NCBI RefSeq assembly: GCF_043950625.1
Contig: NZ_CP171007.1
Source: Alkanindiges sp. WGS2144
GTDB taxonomy: Bacteria > Pseudomonadota > Gammaproteobacteria > Pseudomonadales > Moraxellaceae
Reading direction: 5' to 3' (one strand)
DNA: 32,000 nucleotides
Part shown: positions 15,997 to 25,057 of the stretch, one piece after another
How the letters are laid out: each line of letters begins with the position of its first letter
Position numbering within the stretch: position 1 is the stretch's first letter
Notes under the pieces: generated by a model
The model's input: only the letters and a program-made list of their open reading frames with translations
Databases searched by the model: none
What the model was told of the DNA's origin: nothing
Translations under genes and position numbers: made by a program

Positions 15997-17265
15997 ATGG
16001 GTTTCTTTGCGTTAGGTATTAACCATACTACAGCATCTGTTGACTTGCGAGAAAAAGTCGCGTTTAGCCCTGAGCGCTTGTCAACCGCGTTGCAGGAGGC
16101 AGGTACTTTTTGCCAGCTCAAGGATCTGGTTATCCTGTCTACCTGTAATCGTACCGAACTCTATGCCATCACAGAGCAACCGGATAAGTTGCTGAGTTGG
16201 CTGGCTTATTTTAATGGATTAGCACGTGATGATCTGTTGCAGCATGTTTATCAGTTTGATAACGAAGCAGCGGTAAATCATCTGATCCGGGTAGCCAGCG
16301 GGCTGGATTCCATGGTACTGGGTGAACCACAGATTTTTGGTCAGGTTAAGAACGCCTTACAACTTGCCCGGCAGGCGGATACAGTGAGCAGCCAGCTCAG
16401 TCGTATGTTTGAACATGCATTTTATGCGGCCAAAAAGGTACGCTCGGAAACTGCTGTGGGCGAACAGGCCATTTCCATGGGTTATGCGGTGGTACAGCTG
16501 GCCCAGCAGGTATTTAGCAGTTTAAGCCAGACCACGGCGCTGATGGTGGCCGCCGGTGAAATGAATAGTCTGGTGGCACGGCACCTGGTAGAGCAGGGCG
16601 TAGGCCGTATCCTTATATGTAACCGAAGTATGGAACGGGCAACAAAACTGGCCGATGAGTTAAGGGTGCGGGTGCCTGTAGAAATTATTGCTTTTGATCA
16701 GCTGGCTAATGTTTTGTCCCGTGCGGATATTGTTTCCAGCTGTACCGGCAGCCAGTATCAGGTGATTAGTAAGGATGACGTACGCCGGGCGCTTAAGCAT
16801 CGCCGTTATAAACCCATGCTTATGATTGACCTGGCGGTGCCGCGTGATATTGACCGTGATGTAGCCAACGTGGATGATGTGTATTTATATGATGTTGACC
16901 ATCTGCAAACCGTGATTGATGGTAATTTAAGTCAGCGGCAGCAAGCTGCGCTGGAAGCTGAAGTGCTGGCCAGTCAGCTATCGGCACAGTTTGTACGGCA
17001 GCAGCGTAGCGAACAGGCGACGCCGTATATTGTGGCCTATCGTAAGGAGGTAGAGCAGCTTAAGGCCATTGAGCTGGAAAAAGCCTTGCAGCAGCTTAAT
17101 CAGGGACAAGACCCAGTACAGGTACTAACCCGGCTAAGCAATACCTTAACAGCCAAGCTGGTGCATGCACCGTCGCAGTTGATTCGCCAGGCTGCTGTTC
17201 ATGAAAACCCGGAGGTACTGGACTTTACAGTGCAGGGTCTGGGTATTGAGCCAGAAGAAGAATAG
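15997..17265 (+). CDS. hemA: Glutamyl-tRNA reductase
   Basis: ORF 15907..17265, started at ATG 15997 (MGFFALGINHTTASVDLREKVAFSPERL...). This matches the E. coli HemA N-terminus ([23 protein letters not shown]). Also present are STCNRTELY and LGEPQI.GQVK motifs. Confidence 0.93.
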   Translation: MGFFALGINHTTASVDLREKVAFSPERLSTALQEAGTFCQLKDLVILSTCNRTELYAITEQPDKLLSWLAYFNGLARDDLLQHVYQFDNEAAVNHLIRVASGLDSMVLGEPQIFGQVKNALQLARQADTVSSQLSRMFEHAFYAAKKVRSETAVGEQAISMGYAVVQLAQQVFSSLSQTTALMVAAGEMNSLVARHLVEQGVGRILICNRSMERATKLADELRVRVPVEIIAFDQLANVLSRADIVSSCTGSQYQVISKDDVRRALKHRRYKPMLMIDLAVPRDIDRDVANVDDVYLYDVDHLQTVIDGNLSQRQQAALEAEVLASQLSAQFVRQQRSEQATPYIVAYRKEVEQLKAIELEKALQQLNQGQDPVQVLTRLSNTLTAKLVHAPSQLIRQAAVHENPEVLDFTVQGLGIEPEEE

Positions 17266-17333
17266 CGAAGAATAAAAAACACATCACGAATAATATATTT
17301 GCATAAAAGCTGTATCAAGAGCTGTGTATCAGT

Positions 17334-19328
17334 CTATTGCTCATCCATTTGCTGGGCTTGTTTGAGGCTTAGCGTGTATTGTTGGCGCTTGATGAGAAGC
17401 TGTTCTTTTAGCGCATTTTTTGCATGTGTTGCCTGCATGGTTGCTGCATTGGTCTGCATCATGCGCGTGGTATATTTTTGTTTTAGCTTTAACACGGTGG
17501 CATTACACCAGCCTTCAATATCTTCTGGTGAAAAGATAATACTGTTAATTTCTATTTGATTCATCAGGTTGCACAGCTGGAGACGTTCTTTTTCATCTGG
17601 CCAGGCGGCAATAAGAAAAAACAGGTATTCATCGTCCAGTAGTTGCATGTTTTGCTGGGTGGCTTCAATCAGCTTGAGTGCTTTGCCTAGTCTGGAGCTG
17701 GCATCTACACAATCGCCAAGCTCTTGCATGAGCGGATAAGCTTCGGGATAATGCAGCAGTACAATTAATGCAATATCTTCCAGCGTATAAAGCTGTTCAA
17801 ACGATAATAATTTTTCCTGAATATAATCAGGTTTGTTATGTTTGAAGCCGAGGCCAAGCCGGTCACGATAATCCTTAATCAGGGTATAGCCATATTCCCG
17901 GTTGCTGTTGGGCAAGAGGCGGGTTAGGGCTTTGACCTGACTGAGCAAACGGGTTTTTTGCTCGGGTGTGGCAGTGCCGGTATCGCGGGCCAGACTTTCA
18001 AATAAAAAGTCCGACAGGGGCGGGGCGTGTTCAATGCGCCGCCTGATTCCTGCCAGTCCTTCCAGCCGGATGAGTGAATCGGGGTCGTGCTGCTCTGGTA
18101 ATACCAGAAAATGAAGCTCACGGCTATCGGACAGGGCAGGCAGGGCCAGTTCCAGTGTGCGCCAGGCGGCACGTTGCCCAGCGGCGTCACCATCAAATGC
18201 CAGGGTAATTTTACTGTTTTGCTTAAACAGCAGATTTAAATGCTCCACGTTGGTGGCAGTACCCAGTGTCGCCACCGCACCAGCCAGCCCTGCCTGATGT
18301 AAGGCAATGACATCCATATAGCCTTCAACCATCAGCCATTGGGCTGCCCGGGCCTGACGTCCTTCAAACAGGCCGTACAGAATGGCGCTCTTATGAAAAA
18401 TAACCGACTCTGGTGAGTTGATATATTTGGGCTTAACATCATCACTCATGGCACGGCCACCAAAACCAACCACACGCCCTTTGCTGTCCCGAATGGGAAA
18501 GATTACCCGGTCACGCAGTAGATCATAACTGCGGCCTTTATCGCTATCACGAATCAGGCCAACAGTTTTTAGGCCTTCAACATCCTGACCAAAATGCTGT
18601 TGCAGATGCTGCCAGTCGCTGGGTGCATAGCCGATTCGCCACTCCTGACAGGTTTTTTTATCCAGCCCGCGATGACTTAAGTAGGCTTGTGCCGGACGAT
18701 GCTGTGCCAGTTGCTGTTGGTAAAACTGTGCGACCTGTTCCAGCAAGTCATATAAATTGCCTTCTGCTGGCAGAGAGTGCGCAGTATGCACCGCTTCAGG
18801 ATCGGCAGAAGGGTGATTATGCCAGATATCATCGAGGTTTAAATGCTGCGGCTGCTCGTGAGCTTCTGGCGGAAGATCAAACGGATCATGACTGGCTGCA
18901 TTGCCATGCTGGTTGGCTGTTATTTTGTTATTTGCGAGTTTGCTGATATTGGCATTTGCAGGTGTGTGCCTGCTTGCAGGGCGGGGAGCGAGTTCAACAC
19001 GCTTGTAACTAAATTTGCTGTGGTCATCCTGCTGGTTTTTGGGGAGTTCGATACCAGCCTGTTGCGCCAGATCCTGAATAACATCAATAAAGTTGCGGTT
19101 TTCATATTGCATTAAAAAACCAATGGCATTGCCTGAGGCCTGACAGCCAAAACAATGATAAAAACCCTTATTACGATCCACATTAAAAGAAGGTGTTTTT
19201 TCCTGATGAAACGGACAGCAGGCGCTATAGGTCTTGCCTGATTTTTTGAGTTTGATCCGGCTGCCAATCAGTTCCACCAGATCAATACGATCCAGAACCT
19301 GATCAATAGTATGTTGTGGAATTGCCAT
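17334..19328 (-). CDS. dnaG: DNA primase
   Basis: 664-aa ORF. It has the zinc ribbon CCPFHQEKTPSFNV..GFYHCFGCQASGN, the TOPRIM region (MVEGYMDVIAL, FDGDAAGQRAA) and a C-terminal helicase-interaction domain. A long low-complexity linker follows the zinc domain. Confidence 0.93.
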   Translation of the reverse strand: MAIPQHTIDQVLDRIDLVELIGSRIKLKKSGKTYSACCPFHQEKTPSFNVDRNKGFYHCFGCQASGNAIGFLMQYENRNFIDVIQDLAQQAGIELPKNQQDDHSKFSYKRVELAPRPASRHTPANANISKLANNKITANQHGNAASHDPFDLPPEAHEQPQHLNLDDIWHNHPSADPEAVHTAHSLPAEGNLYDLLEQVAQFYQQQLAQHRPAQAYLSHRGLDKKTCQEWRIGYAPSDWQHLQQHFGQDVEGLKTVGLIRDSDKGRSYDLLRDRVIFPIRDSKGRVVGFGGRAMSDDVKPKYINSPESVIFHKSAILYGLFEGRQARAAQWLMVEGYMDVIALHQAGLAGAVATLGTATNVEHLNLLFKQNSKITLAFDGDAAGQRAAWRTLELALPALSDSRELHFLVLPEQHDPDSLIRLEGLAGIRRRIEHAPPLSDFLFESLARDTGTATPEQKTRLLSQVKALTRLLPNSNREYGYTLIKDYRDRLGLGFKHNKPDYIQEKLLSFEQLYTLEDIALIVLLHYPEAYPLMQELGDCVDASSRLGKALKLIEATQQNMQLLDDEYLFFLIAAWPDEKERLQLCNLMNQIEINSIIFSPEDIEGWCNATVLKLKQKYTTRMMQTNAATMQATHAKNALKEQLLIKRQQYTLSLKQAQQMDEQ

Positions 19329-19428
19329 GTTGAACTTTGGCCTCGTGCAGCAACAAGCAGCGTTGAGTAGGTGACAATAAGCAGGACTATAGCATAAAGC
19401 AGGTGTTGGTAATGGAACATAGCAGAAT

Positions 19429-19457
19429 AAAAAAAGGCCCTGCTGGTTAGCAGAGCC
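19429..19457 (-). terminator. Rho-independent terminator downstream of bamD
   Basis: Minus strand: GGCTCTGCT-aacc-AGCAGGGCC (9 bp with one G-U pair) followed by TTTTTTT. It lies 19 nt after the bamD stop and separates bamD from dnaG. Confidence 0.75.
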
Positions 19458-19475
19458 TGGAGTGTTTGAAACAGT

Positions 19476-20555
19476 TTAAGGGTTTGGCTGGGCAGAAGTT
19501 TCATCCGGTAAACCCAGCCCGATACTTGGAAAACCGGGAGCCTGAATACTGTCTTTTAGAGGTTTTTCCTCTGGGGATTTTTCAGGCTTGGATGCATCAA
19601 CCGGCTCAGTACCTAGCTCTTCACTGCTGGCAGGCGTGGCTGCTGGTGGTGGTGGAGCAGTATTAACGTTTTGTGCATCCTTGGGTATAAAGTTTTGTGC
19701 TTCACGGCCTAAAATACCTAGCGTCAGGCGGTTAACCAGAGAGGCCTGACCACGTGCTTTTTTTAGATCTACGCTGTCGCCTTTTACCAGTTGTGGGTAG
19801 TTCAGGCGAATAATATCCATGTACTGGCTGGCGGTTTGCTGGTCGCCCAGTTTCTGGTAGCCATGAACAATGGTCGCCAGTGCCTCAGGAATCTGGGGGG
19901 TTTGCGGATAGTATTCCAGAACCCAGCGTGCCCGTTGTATCGCAGCTAGCCAGGCCTGACGCTTAATATTAAAGCGGGCAATGTTCATTTCGCTTTCAGC
20001 GAGTTCCTGGTTGATATATTGCATCCGCTGTGCTGCGTCTACCGCATAATGACTGTCGGGAAAGCGTTGGATGAATTCACGCAGGCTGCTGTAGGCCAGA
20101 CGCAAATAGTTGACATCACGGTGCGACTGGTCAAGGCTGGTATAGCGCAGCAGGCCGTCATAATGCTGCTCCATGTTGGCTACGCCGCGGATATAGTACG
20201 CATAGTCCAGTTGCGGATTGTTGGGGTACATGCGGATAAAGCGCTCAGCCACCGTAATAACACCGGGATAATCCCCCTGTTTGAAGCGCGAATACATCAG
20301 GTCAAGCTGTGCCTGCTCGGTATAATTGCCTGTGGGGTAGTAGGTATCCAGTGCTTCAAGTGATTTGTTGGCTTCGGTATACTGGCCGCGTTTCAGGTTT
20401 TTTTGTGCGGCTTCATAATAGGCCTGTTCACTGCGCTGGGGGCCACTGTCTTTTAAGTCGTTTTTCTTTTTGGGAAAGCTGCTACAGCCCGCCATACCTC
20501 CAGCAATTGCCACTGATAATGACAACATCAACACACTAAAACGTGGCAGCGACAT
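19476..20555 (-). CDS. bamD: Outer-membrane protein assembly factor BamD (ComL/YfiO)
   Basis: ORF 19476..20582, started at ATG 20555 (GGAG SD 5 nt upstream): MSLPRFSVLMLSLSVAIAGGMAGCSS, a lipobox. TPR-like repeats follow. It is divergent from rluD, as in E. coli and Pseudomonas. The C-terminal tail is Pro/Glu-rich. Confidence 0.88.
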   Translation of the reverse strand: MSLPRFSVLMLSLSVAIAGGMAGCSSFPKKKNDLKDSGPQRSEQAYYEAAQKNLKRGQYTEANKSLEALDTYYPTGNYTEQAQLDLMYSRFKQGDYPGVITVAERFIRMYPNNPQLDYAYYIRGVANMEQHYDGLLRYTSLDQSHRDVNYLRLAYSSLREFIQRFPDSHYAVDAAQRMQYINQELAESEMNIARFNIKRQAWLAAIQRARWVLEYYPQTPQIPEALATIVHGYQKLGDQQTASQYMDIIRLNYPQLVKGDSVDLKKARGQASLVNRLTLGILGREAQNFIPKDAQNVNTAPPPPAATPASSEELGTEPVDASKPEKSPEEKPLKDSIQAPGFPSIGLGLPDETSAQPNP

Positions 20556-20630
20556 AAATACTCCTCTGGACTTAACGGGCAATACGCTACAATGGGGGCT
20601 ATTTAAGCATTTTTAGATGACAGATACCAA

Positions 20631-21698
20631 ATGGCACATACACAAAATCTACAGCAAACAGCATCGCCAAGCATAAATGAGCTGCTTGAAGATGACAATG
20701 AATTATTTGAAGTAGATATAACGCCAAATCAGGCCACGACAGCCACCCAGATTGTGCAGCAGGCCGTAGTGGCAGACGACATGATCGGACTGCGTTTTGA
20801 TCAGGTGGCGGCTAGTGTCTTTGCTGAGTTTTCGCGTGAGCGTTTAAAGCACTGGATGCAGGAGGGTCAGCTCACGGTAAATGGTAACACGGTTAAACCC
20901 AAAGCCCGTTGTCTGGGGGGCGAAATGCTAAGCCTGAATGTGACCTTGCAAAACCAGAACAAAACAGAGCCGGAGGACATTCCACTCGATATCATTTATG
21001 AGGATGATGACATTCTGGTGGTTAATAAACCGGTTGGGCTGGTGGTGCATCCGGGAGCAGGTAACTGGTCAGGCACTTTGGTTAATGGTCTGCTGTACCA
21101 TGATTCTAGGCTTGATGAGCTGCCCCGTGCCGGTCTGGTGCACCGTATTGATAAGGATACCAGCGGCTTACTGGTGATCGCTAAAAACTTGCCTGCCCAG
21201 CATCATTTGAGTAAACAACTGGCTGATAAATCGGTATATCGTGTGTATGATGCCGTGGTGGTGGGACATGTGATTGCTGGTGGTACGATTGATCAGCCCA
21301 TCAGGCGTCACCCGGTAGAGCGTACCCGGATGAGTGTCCAGCCGGGCGGGCGTCCTTCGGTAACCCATTACCGTGTGCTGGAACGATTTGGCTCGCATAC
21401 GCTGGTACAGGCACAGCTGGAAACCGGTCGTACCCATCAGATTCGGGTACATTTGTCGCATACTGGTTTTCCACTGGTGGGCGATTCTACCTATGGTGGG
21501 CGGATTCGCTTGCCGCAGGGTGCCAGTCAGCATCTGATCAATACCTTAAAAAATTTCAAACGACAGGCTTTGCACGCCAGAAAACTGGGTTTGATTCATC
21601 CGGTAACTGGCAAGGAAATGCAGTTTGAAGCGCCGTGGCCACAGGATTTTAGTGCATTGGTTGAGGCACTGCGACAGGAAGCCAGAGATGAAGCCTGA
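20631..21698 (+). CDS. rluD: 23S rRNA pseudouridine(1911/1915/1917) synthase RluD
   Basis: 355-aa ORF with an S4 domain and the catalytic motif GLVHRIDKDTSGLLVIAK, plus GRTHQIRVH. Order is bamD<>rluD-pgeF. The N-terminus is ~35 aa longer than the E. coli protein, and start-codon choice is uncertain. Confidence 0.88.
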   Translation: MAHTQNLQQTASPSINELLEDDNELFEVDITPNQATTATQIVQQAVVADDMIGLRFDQVAASVFAEFSRERLKHWMQEGQLTVNGNTVKPKARCLGGEMLSLNVTLQNQNKTEPEDIPLDIIYEDDDILVVNKPVGLVVHPGAGNWSGTLVNGLLYHDSRLDELPRAGLVHRIDKDTSGLLVIAKNLPAQHHLSKQLADKSVYRVYDAVVVGHVIAGGTIDQPIRRHPVERTRMSVQPGGRPSVTHYRVLERFGSHTLVQAQLETGRTHQIRVHLSHTGFPLVGDSTYGGRIRLPQGASQHLINTLKNFKRQALHARKLGLIHPVTGKEMQFEAPWPQDFSALVEALRQEARDEA

Positions 21699-22458
21699 AC
21701 AACTGCCTAAAGGGTTAGTGTTTGCTACAGGACTACCCGGTAAGGTGCTGGCTGGGCAGACCACCCGGAAAAACCTGAACCCTCTGCTGGCAAGTGCTGC
21801 ACCATTTGATGGTTTTAATCTGGCGCTGCATGTTGGGGATGATCCAGTCATGGTGCAACAGCAGCGCATTGAACTATTAAAGGCGCTTGAGCCGGCTGGG
21901 GCAAAACGACTGGTATGGCTTGAGCAAACCCATAGCACACTGGTGCATGAGGTGACTGCGCAGCCACAGTTTTTACCGGTAAATGCCGATGCGCTCATTA
22001 GTTGCCAAATGGGCGTAGCCTGCATGATCATGACGGCCGACTGCCTGCCAATCATACTAAGCAATATGGAGGGTACAGAAGTGGCCTGTATCCATGCTGG
22101 CTGGCGCGGTTTGCTAAATGGTATCGTTGAGAATACGCTGCATGCCATGCAGTCAACGCCAGTATACGCCTGGTTTGGCACTGCCATTGGGTGCGGTGCT
22201 TTTGAGGTGGGCAGCGACGTATTTGAGGCATTTACCCGGCAAGACAGCCGGACAAAGTCAGCATTTAAAGCTTTAGGCAAGGGTAAGTATCTGGCGGACA
22301 TTAATGCGCTGGCACGTTTACGCCTACATAAACTGGGTGTTACGCATATGCTTGGGAGTGAGCATTGCAGTTATCAGGAACAGACCCAATATTACTCTTA
22401 CCGGCGTCGTTCGCATACCGGGCGCATGGCAACTTTTGTGATGATCCGGCCAAACTGA
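21688..22458 (+). CDS. pgeF: YfiH/PgeF family protein (purine nucleoside phosphorylase / peptidoglycan editing factor, DUF152)
   Basis: ORF 21625..22458, started at ATG 21688 (MKPEQLPKGLVFAT...), which overlaps the rluD stop by 11 nt. Motifs WLEQTHS, MTADCLPI, HAGWRG, FEVG, YSYRR..TGRMA are colinear with E. coli YfiH. Confidence 0.88.
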   Translation: MKPEQLPKGLVFATGLPGKVLAGQTTRKNLNPLLASAAPFDGFNLALHVGDDPVMVQQQRIELLKALEPAGAKRLVWLEQTHSTLVHEVTAQPQFLPVNADALISCQMGVACMIMTADCLPIILSNMEGTEVACIHAGWRGLLNGIVENTLHAMQSTPVYAWFGTAIGCGAFEVGSDVFEAFTRQDSRTKSAFKALGKGKYLADINALARLRLHKLGVTHMLGSEHCSYQEQTQYYSYRRRSHTGRMATFVMIRPN

Positions 22459-22517
22459 TATCATGCGCCGCAATTGTGCTACAGCATTTATTATTTTTGC
22501 CTGTTCAGGATAAACCA

Positions 22518-23099
22518 TTGACTGCTCCAGATTGCCAAAGTTCTCCTCAGCATCCTACTGCCTGCAAGCAGGTATGTATTGTTTACCATAGTCCTTATGG
22601 TCATACAGAGCGGGTGGCGCAAGCCATTGCTGGTGGGGCAAGGCAGGTGGCTAATACGCAGGTGCATGTGATGCCGGTAGATCATGTGGACTGGCATGCA
22701 CTGGATCATGCTGATCTGATTATATTTGGCTCACCCACGTATATGGGCAGTGTGACCAGTGGTTTTAAGCTGTTTATGGATGCGACGTCCAAACGCTGGA
22801 AAAACCGTTTGTGGGTTGGAAAAATGGCTGCTGGTTTTGCCAACTCTGGCGGTTTAAGTGGTGACAAGCTGGCCGTATTACAACAAATCTGTTTATTTGC
22901 CATGCAACACGGCATGCTGTGGAGTGGTTTGCCTTTAATTCCAACCGGCCATGCTGAACATGATCTGAATCGCCTGTCTGGCTTTTTGGGGCTGATGACC
23001 CAGTCCAATAATGCACCGGTTACTGAAACGCCGCCCACAGGTGATATTGCCACCGCAACGTGGTTTGGCCAGTATTTGTCTGAATTAATCCATCAATAA
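22518..23099 (+). CDS. Flavodoxin-like fold protein (WrbA/NAD(P)H:quinone oxidoreductase-like)
   Basis: ORF 22365..23099. The conserved core starts at ...KQVCIVYHSPYGHTERVAQAI... and includes ADLIIFGSPTYMGSVTSGFKLFMD and AGFANSGGLSGDK. There is no ATG or GTG near the core. The only plausible start is TTG 22518, with AGGA 7 nt upstream. The start is uncertain. Confidence 0.7.
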   Translation: MTAPDCQSSPQHPTACKQVCIVYHSPYGHTERVAQAIAGGARQVANTQVHVMPVDHVDWHALDHADLIIFGSPTYMGSVTSGFKLFMDATSKRWKNRLWVGKMAAGFANSGGLSGDKLAVLQQICLFAMQHGMLWSGLPLIPTGHAEHDLNRLSGFLGLMTQSNNAPVTETPPTGDIATATWFGQYLSELIHQ

Positions 23100-23192
23100 G
23101 CTTTTTTTATTAAACTGCTGTTTCAAGACCGAGCTGCCGGATTTAGGTTTACTGGGGATTTTTGCTGGTTAAAAAATACTTTAGCCTTTTGC

Positions 23193-23234
23193 TTGGATTA
23201 AAGTTTTTAAATTAAGATAATGATAATAAAGAAA
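23193..23234 (+). promoter_or_regulatory. Candidate sigma70 promoter with overlapping Fur box upstream of the hemerythrin gene
   Basis: TTGGAT (23193-23198), a 17-nt spacer, then GATAAT (23216-23221). GATAATGATAATAAAGAAA (23216-23234) matches the 19-bp Fur consensus GATAATGATAATCATTATC at 14/19, with the first 12 positions perfect. This is the most A/T-rich intergenic tract in the window. Confidence 0.45.
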
Positions 23235-23330
23235 AATTTTAAATTAATCTGACCAGCTGGCTTGGTTTTAAAAGCCAGGGCTATGGCTTATGGTGGATGC
23301 TATGATTAACCAGATGCTGAGGATTAAGAC

Positions 23331-23783
23331 ATGGCAATTATGTGGTCACCCGACTTGAATACAGGCATTGATGTGATTGATAGACAGCATCAGCGCATTG
23401 TGGATTACATCAACCAGCTGGAGCAGGTCAAGGGACAGGATGATCGCAATATCATCAAGCAGGTATTAGATGATCTGGTGGATTATACCCAGTCGCACTT
23501 TGCTTTTGAGGAAAGCCTGCAAGAAGAAGCAGGTTACAAGTATGCCAAGCCACACCAAAAAGTACACCAGTTGTTTATCCGCCGTATCAATGAATATCAG
23601 GAGCGTTTTGCGCTGGGGCAGGATATTGCTGATGAGTTACATCAGGTACTGGTCACTTGGCTGATTAATCATATCCGCCGTGATGATGCGGACTATGTAG
23701 GCTCAGTCCGGCAAAACATGATCGGTATTATTCAGGAACAGGAAAAGAAAAATAAGAACTGGTTTATGCGCTGGTTTTCCTGA
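23331..23783 (+). CDS. Bacteriohemerythrin (hemerythrin-like metal-binding protein)
   Basis: 150-aa ORF MAIMWSPDLNTGIDVIDRQHQRIVDYIN...HFAFEE...H..VH...WLINHIRRDD.Y. This is the canonical hemerythrin His/Glu/Asp ligand pattern. GAGG SD, 9-nt spacer, then ATG. Confidence 0.9.
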   Translation: MAIMWSPDLNTGIDVIDRQHQRIVDYINQLEQVKGQDDRNIIKQVLDDLVDYTQSHFAFEESLQEEAGYKYAKPHQKVHQLFIRRINEYQERFALGQDIADELHQVLVTWLINHIRRDDADYVGSVRQNMIGIIQEQEKKNKNWFMRWFS

Positions 23784-23980
23784 AGATAAATCACTGTAAG
23801 TATTTAAAGCGGCAATAATCAGAAGCAATGACAGGGATGTTTTGCACCATTAAAATAAAAGGCAGTCAGGCCAAGCGCCTACTATTTAGTCTAAAAATGT
23901 AAAAAAAGAACTTATTAAACACGGTTTTGCATTAGCATGGGTACAGTCAAACCCAATGTGATAATGGAATAGAAAATCCC

Positions 23981-25057
23981 ATGAATTCACCTTCTATATT
24001 ACGTTTAAGCAGCATACTGGCTGGCCTGGCGCTCACATTGTTACTGGCCGGCTGGATTGTGCCGTTGATTCAGTTTAGTAATGCGAGCCAGTTTGATTTC
24101 TGGCTGGTCTGGTTACTGTGCATGGTTATTCTGGCGCTGCCTTTTGGCTTGCTGGAAGTGGCCTTGGCCAATCGTACCCGGGCAACGCCCCTACCTGCTT
24201 TAATGGTGCTTACCCGTGAAGCTGATGCCAAACCCGGCTGGCGGTTGACTGGCTGGCTGGCTGCAATTGTTATGGCATTGATTGGTGGAAAATTATTGTA
24301 CCAGTCAGCCGCCATGATTTTTGGCAGTATTCATCATACGCCGGCTGAGGCCATGAATTATCTGCCTGTCCTGACCATGCTTGCCGGTCTGGCACTGTCT
24401 TTTTTGTCGCGCCAGCTGTTGATTATTATTGCGACCATTGCGGTGGTGGTAGCGACTGGATTAAGCCTATTGCATGTGGGACTAGGTAACTGGCAATGGA
24501 CAGTCTTTAGCCTAAAAGAGTGGGGCTGGGCGGTCAGTCTGGCTCTCATTGCCACAGGGCTTGGCATGGGGGTTTACTGGCAGCTTAATGCCTCCCGGCC
24601 TGTAGAGCATGCCTCGGCCACTGCCTTGCCCATCTGGCTGGCTCAGATTGTCGGTGGCCTGTTGCTGGCACTGGCGCAGGGCTATCATGGTAATGTGGCA
24701 TTATGGCTGTATAGCGCCGGACTATTGGCAGGTGGCGCCTTTTTGCTTTCCCTGTTGCGTGAACAGCTACAGGCACGCAGCCTGAGCATGCTGTTGCAAT
24801 GGCTGCTTATTGCTGCTGGCTTACTGGTATGGTTAATTCCGCTACCCAATTTACTGACCAGTATTACAGTCATTCTGGCCTTGCTGGTTTGCTTGCTGTA
24901 TGCGGTGTTTAGTGGCTGGATGATGAAAATTAGCCATTTGCGCAAATCCCTGAATTTCAGGCAGGAAGCCGTGTATAACTTGTGGCGGGTAGCGGTGCGA
25001 ATAGTGATTCCGCTTGCAGTGATTGTGGCCATTATTGGCTTAATACTGCCAGCCTGA
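23981..25057 (+). CDS. Polytopic inner-membrane protein of unknown function (~10-11 predicted TM helices)
   Basis: 358-aa ORF, almost entirely hydrophobic L/A/G/I/W-rich segments. I recognise no catalytic or transporter signature with confidence. One segment (ILALPFGLLEVALANRT) faintly recalls an NSS/SNF-type helix, but the GLGN..RFP motif is absent. Confidence 0.6.
   Translation: MNSPSILRLSSILAGLALTLLLAGWIVPLIQFSNASQFDFWLVWLLCMVILALPFGLLEVALANRTRATPLPALMVLTREADAKPGWRLTGWLAAIVMALIGGKLLYQSAAMIFGSIHHTPAEAMNYLPVLTMLAGLALSFLSRQLLIIIATIAVVVATGLSLLHVGLGNWQWTVFSLKEWGWAVSLALIATGLGMGVYWQLNASRPVEHASATALPIWLAQIVGGLLLALAQGYHGNVALWLYSAGLLAGGAFLLSLLREQLQARSLSMLLQWLLIAAGLLVWLIPLPNLLTSITVILALLVCLLYAVFSGWMMKISHLRKSLNFRQEAVYNLWRVAVRIVIPLAVIVAIIGLILPA

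Noticed and set aside
17299-17559. An 86-aa Cys-rich plus-strand ORF at the dnaG 3' end
   Set aside because: It is antisense to the conserved C-terminal domain of DnaG, has no SD, and its composition (C/S/V/F-rich) is typical of shadow ORFs.
19476-19760. Pro/Glu/Ser-rich ~90-residue C-terminal extension of BamD as a novelty
   Set aside because: From memory, BamD (ComL) in pseudomonads is already ~100 residues longer than the E. coli protein, with a similar low-complexity tail. This is likely a normal lineage trait.
21546-22301. A 251-aa minus-strand ORF antisense to pgeF/rluD
   Set aside because: It lies entirely within two well-supported plus-strand genes. Its sequence is Ser/Cys/Ala-rich with no recognisable motif, SD or independent intergenic space. 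This is a typical shadow ORF on the opposite strand of a real gene.
23283-23309. An 8-codon upstream ORF (MAYGGCYD) in the hemerythrin leader
   Set aside because: It has no SD, it is too short to evaluate, and no attenuator-like alternative structures are evident.
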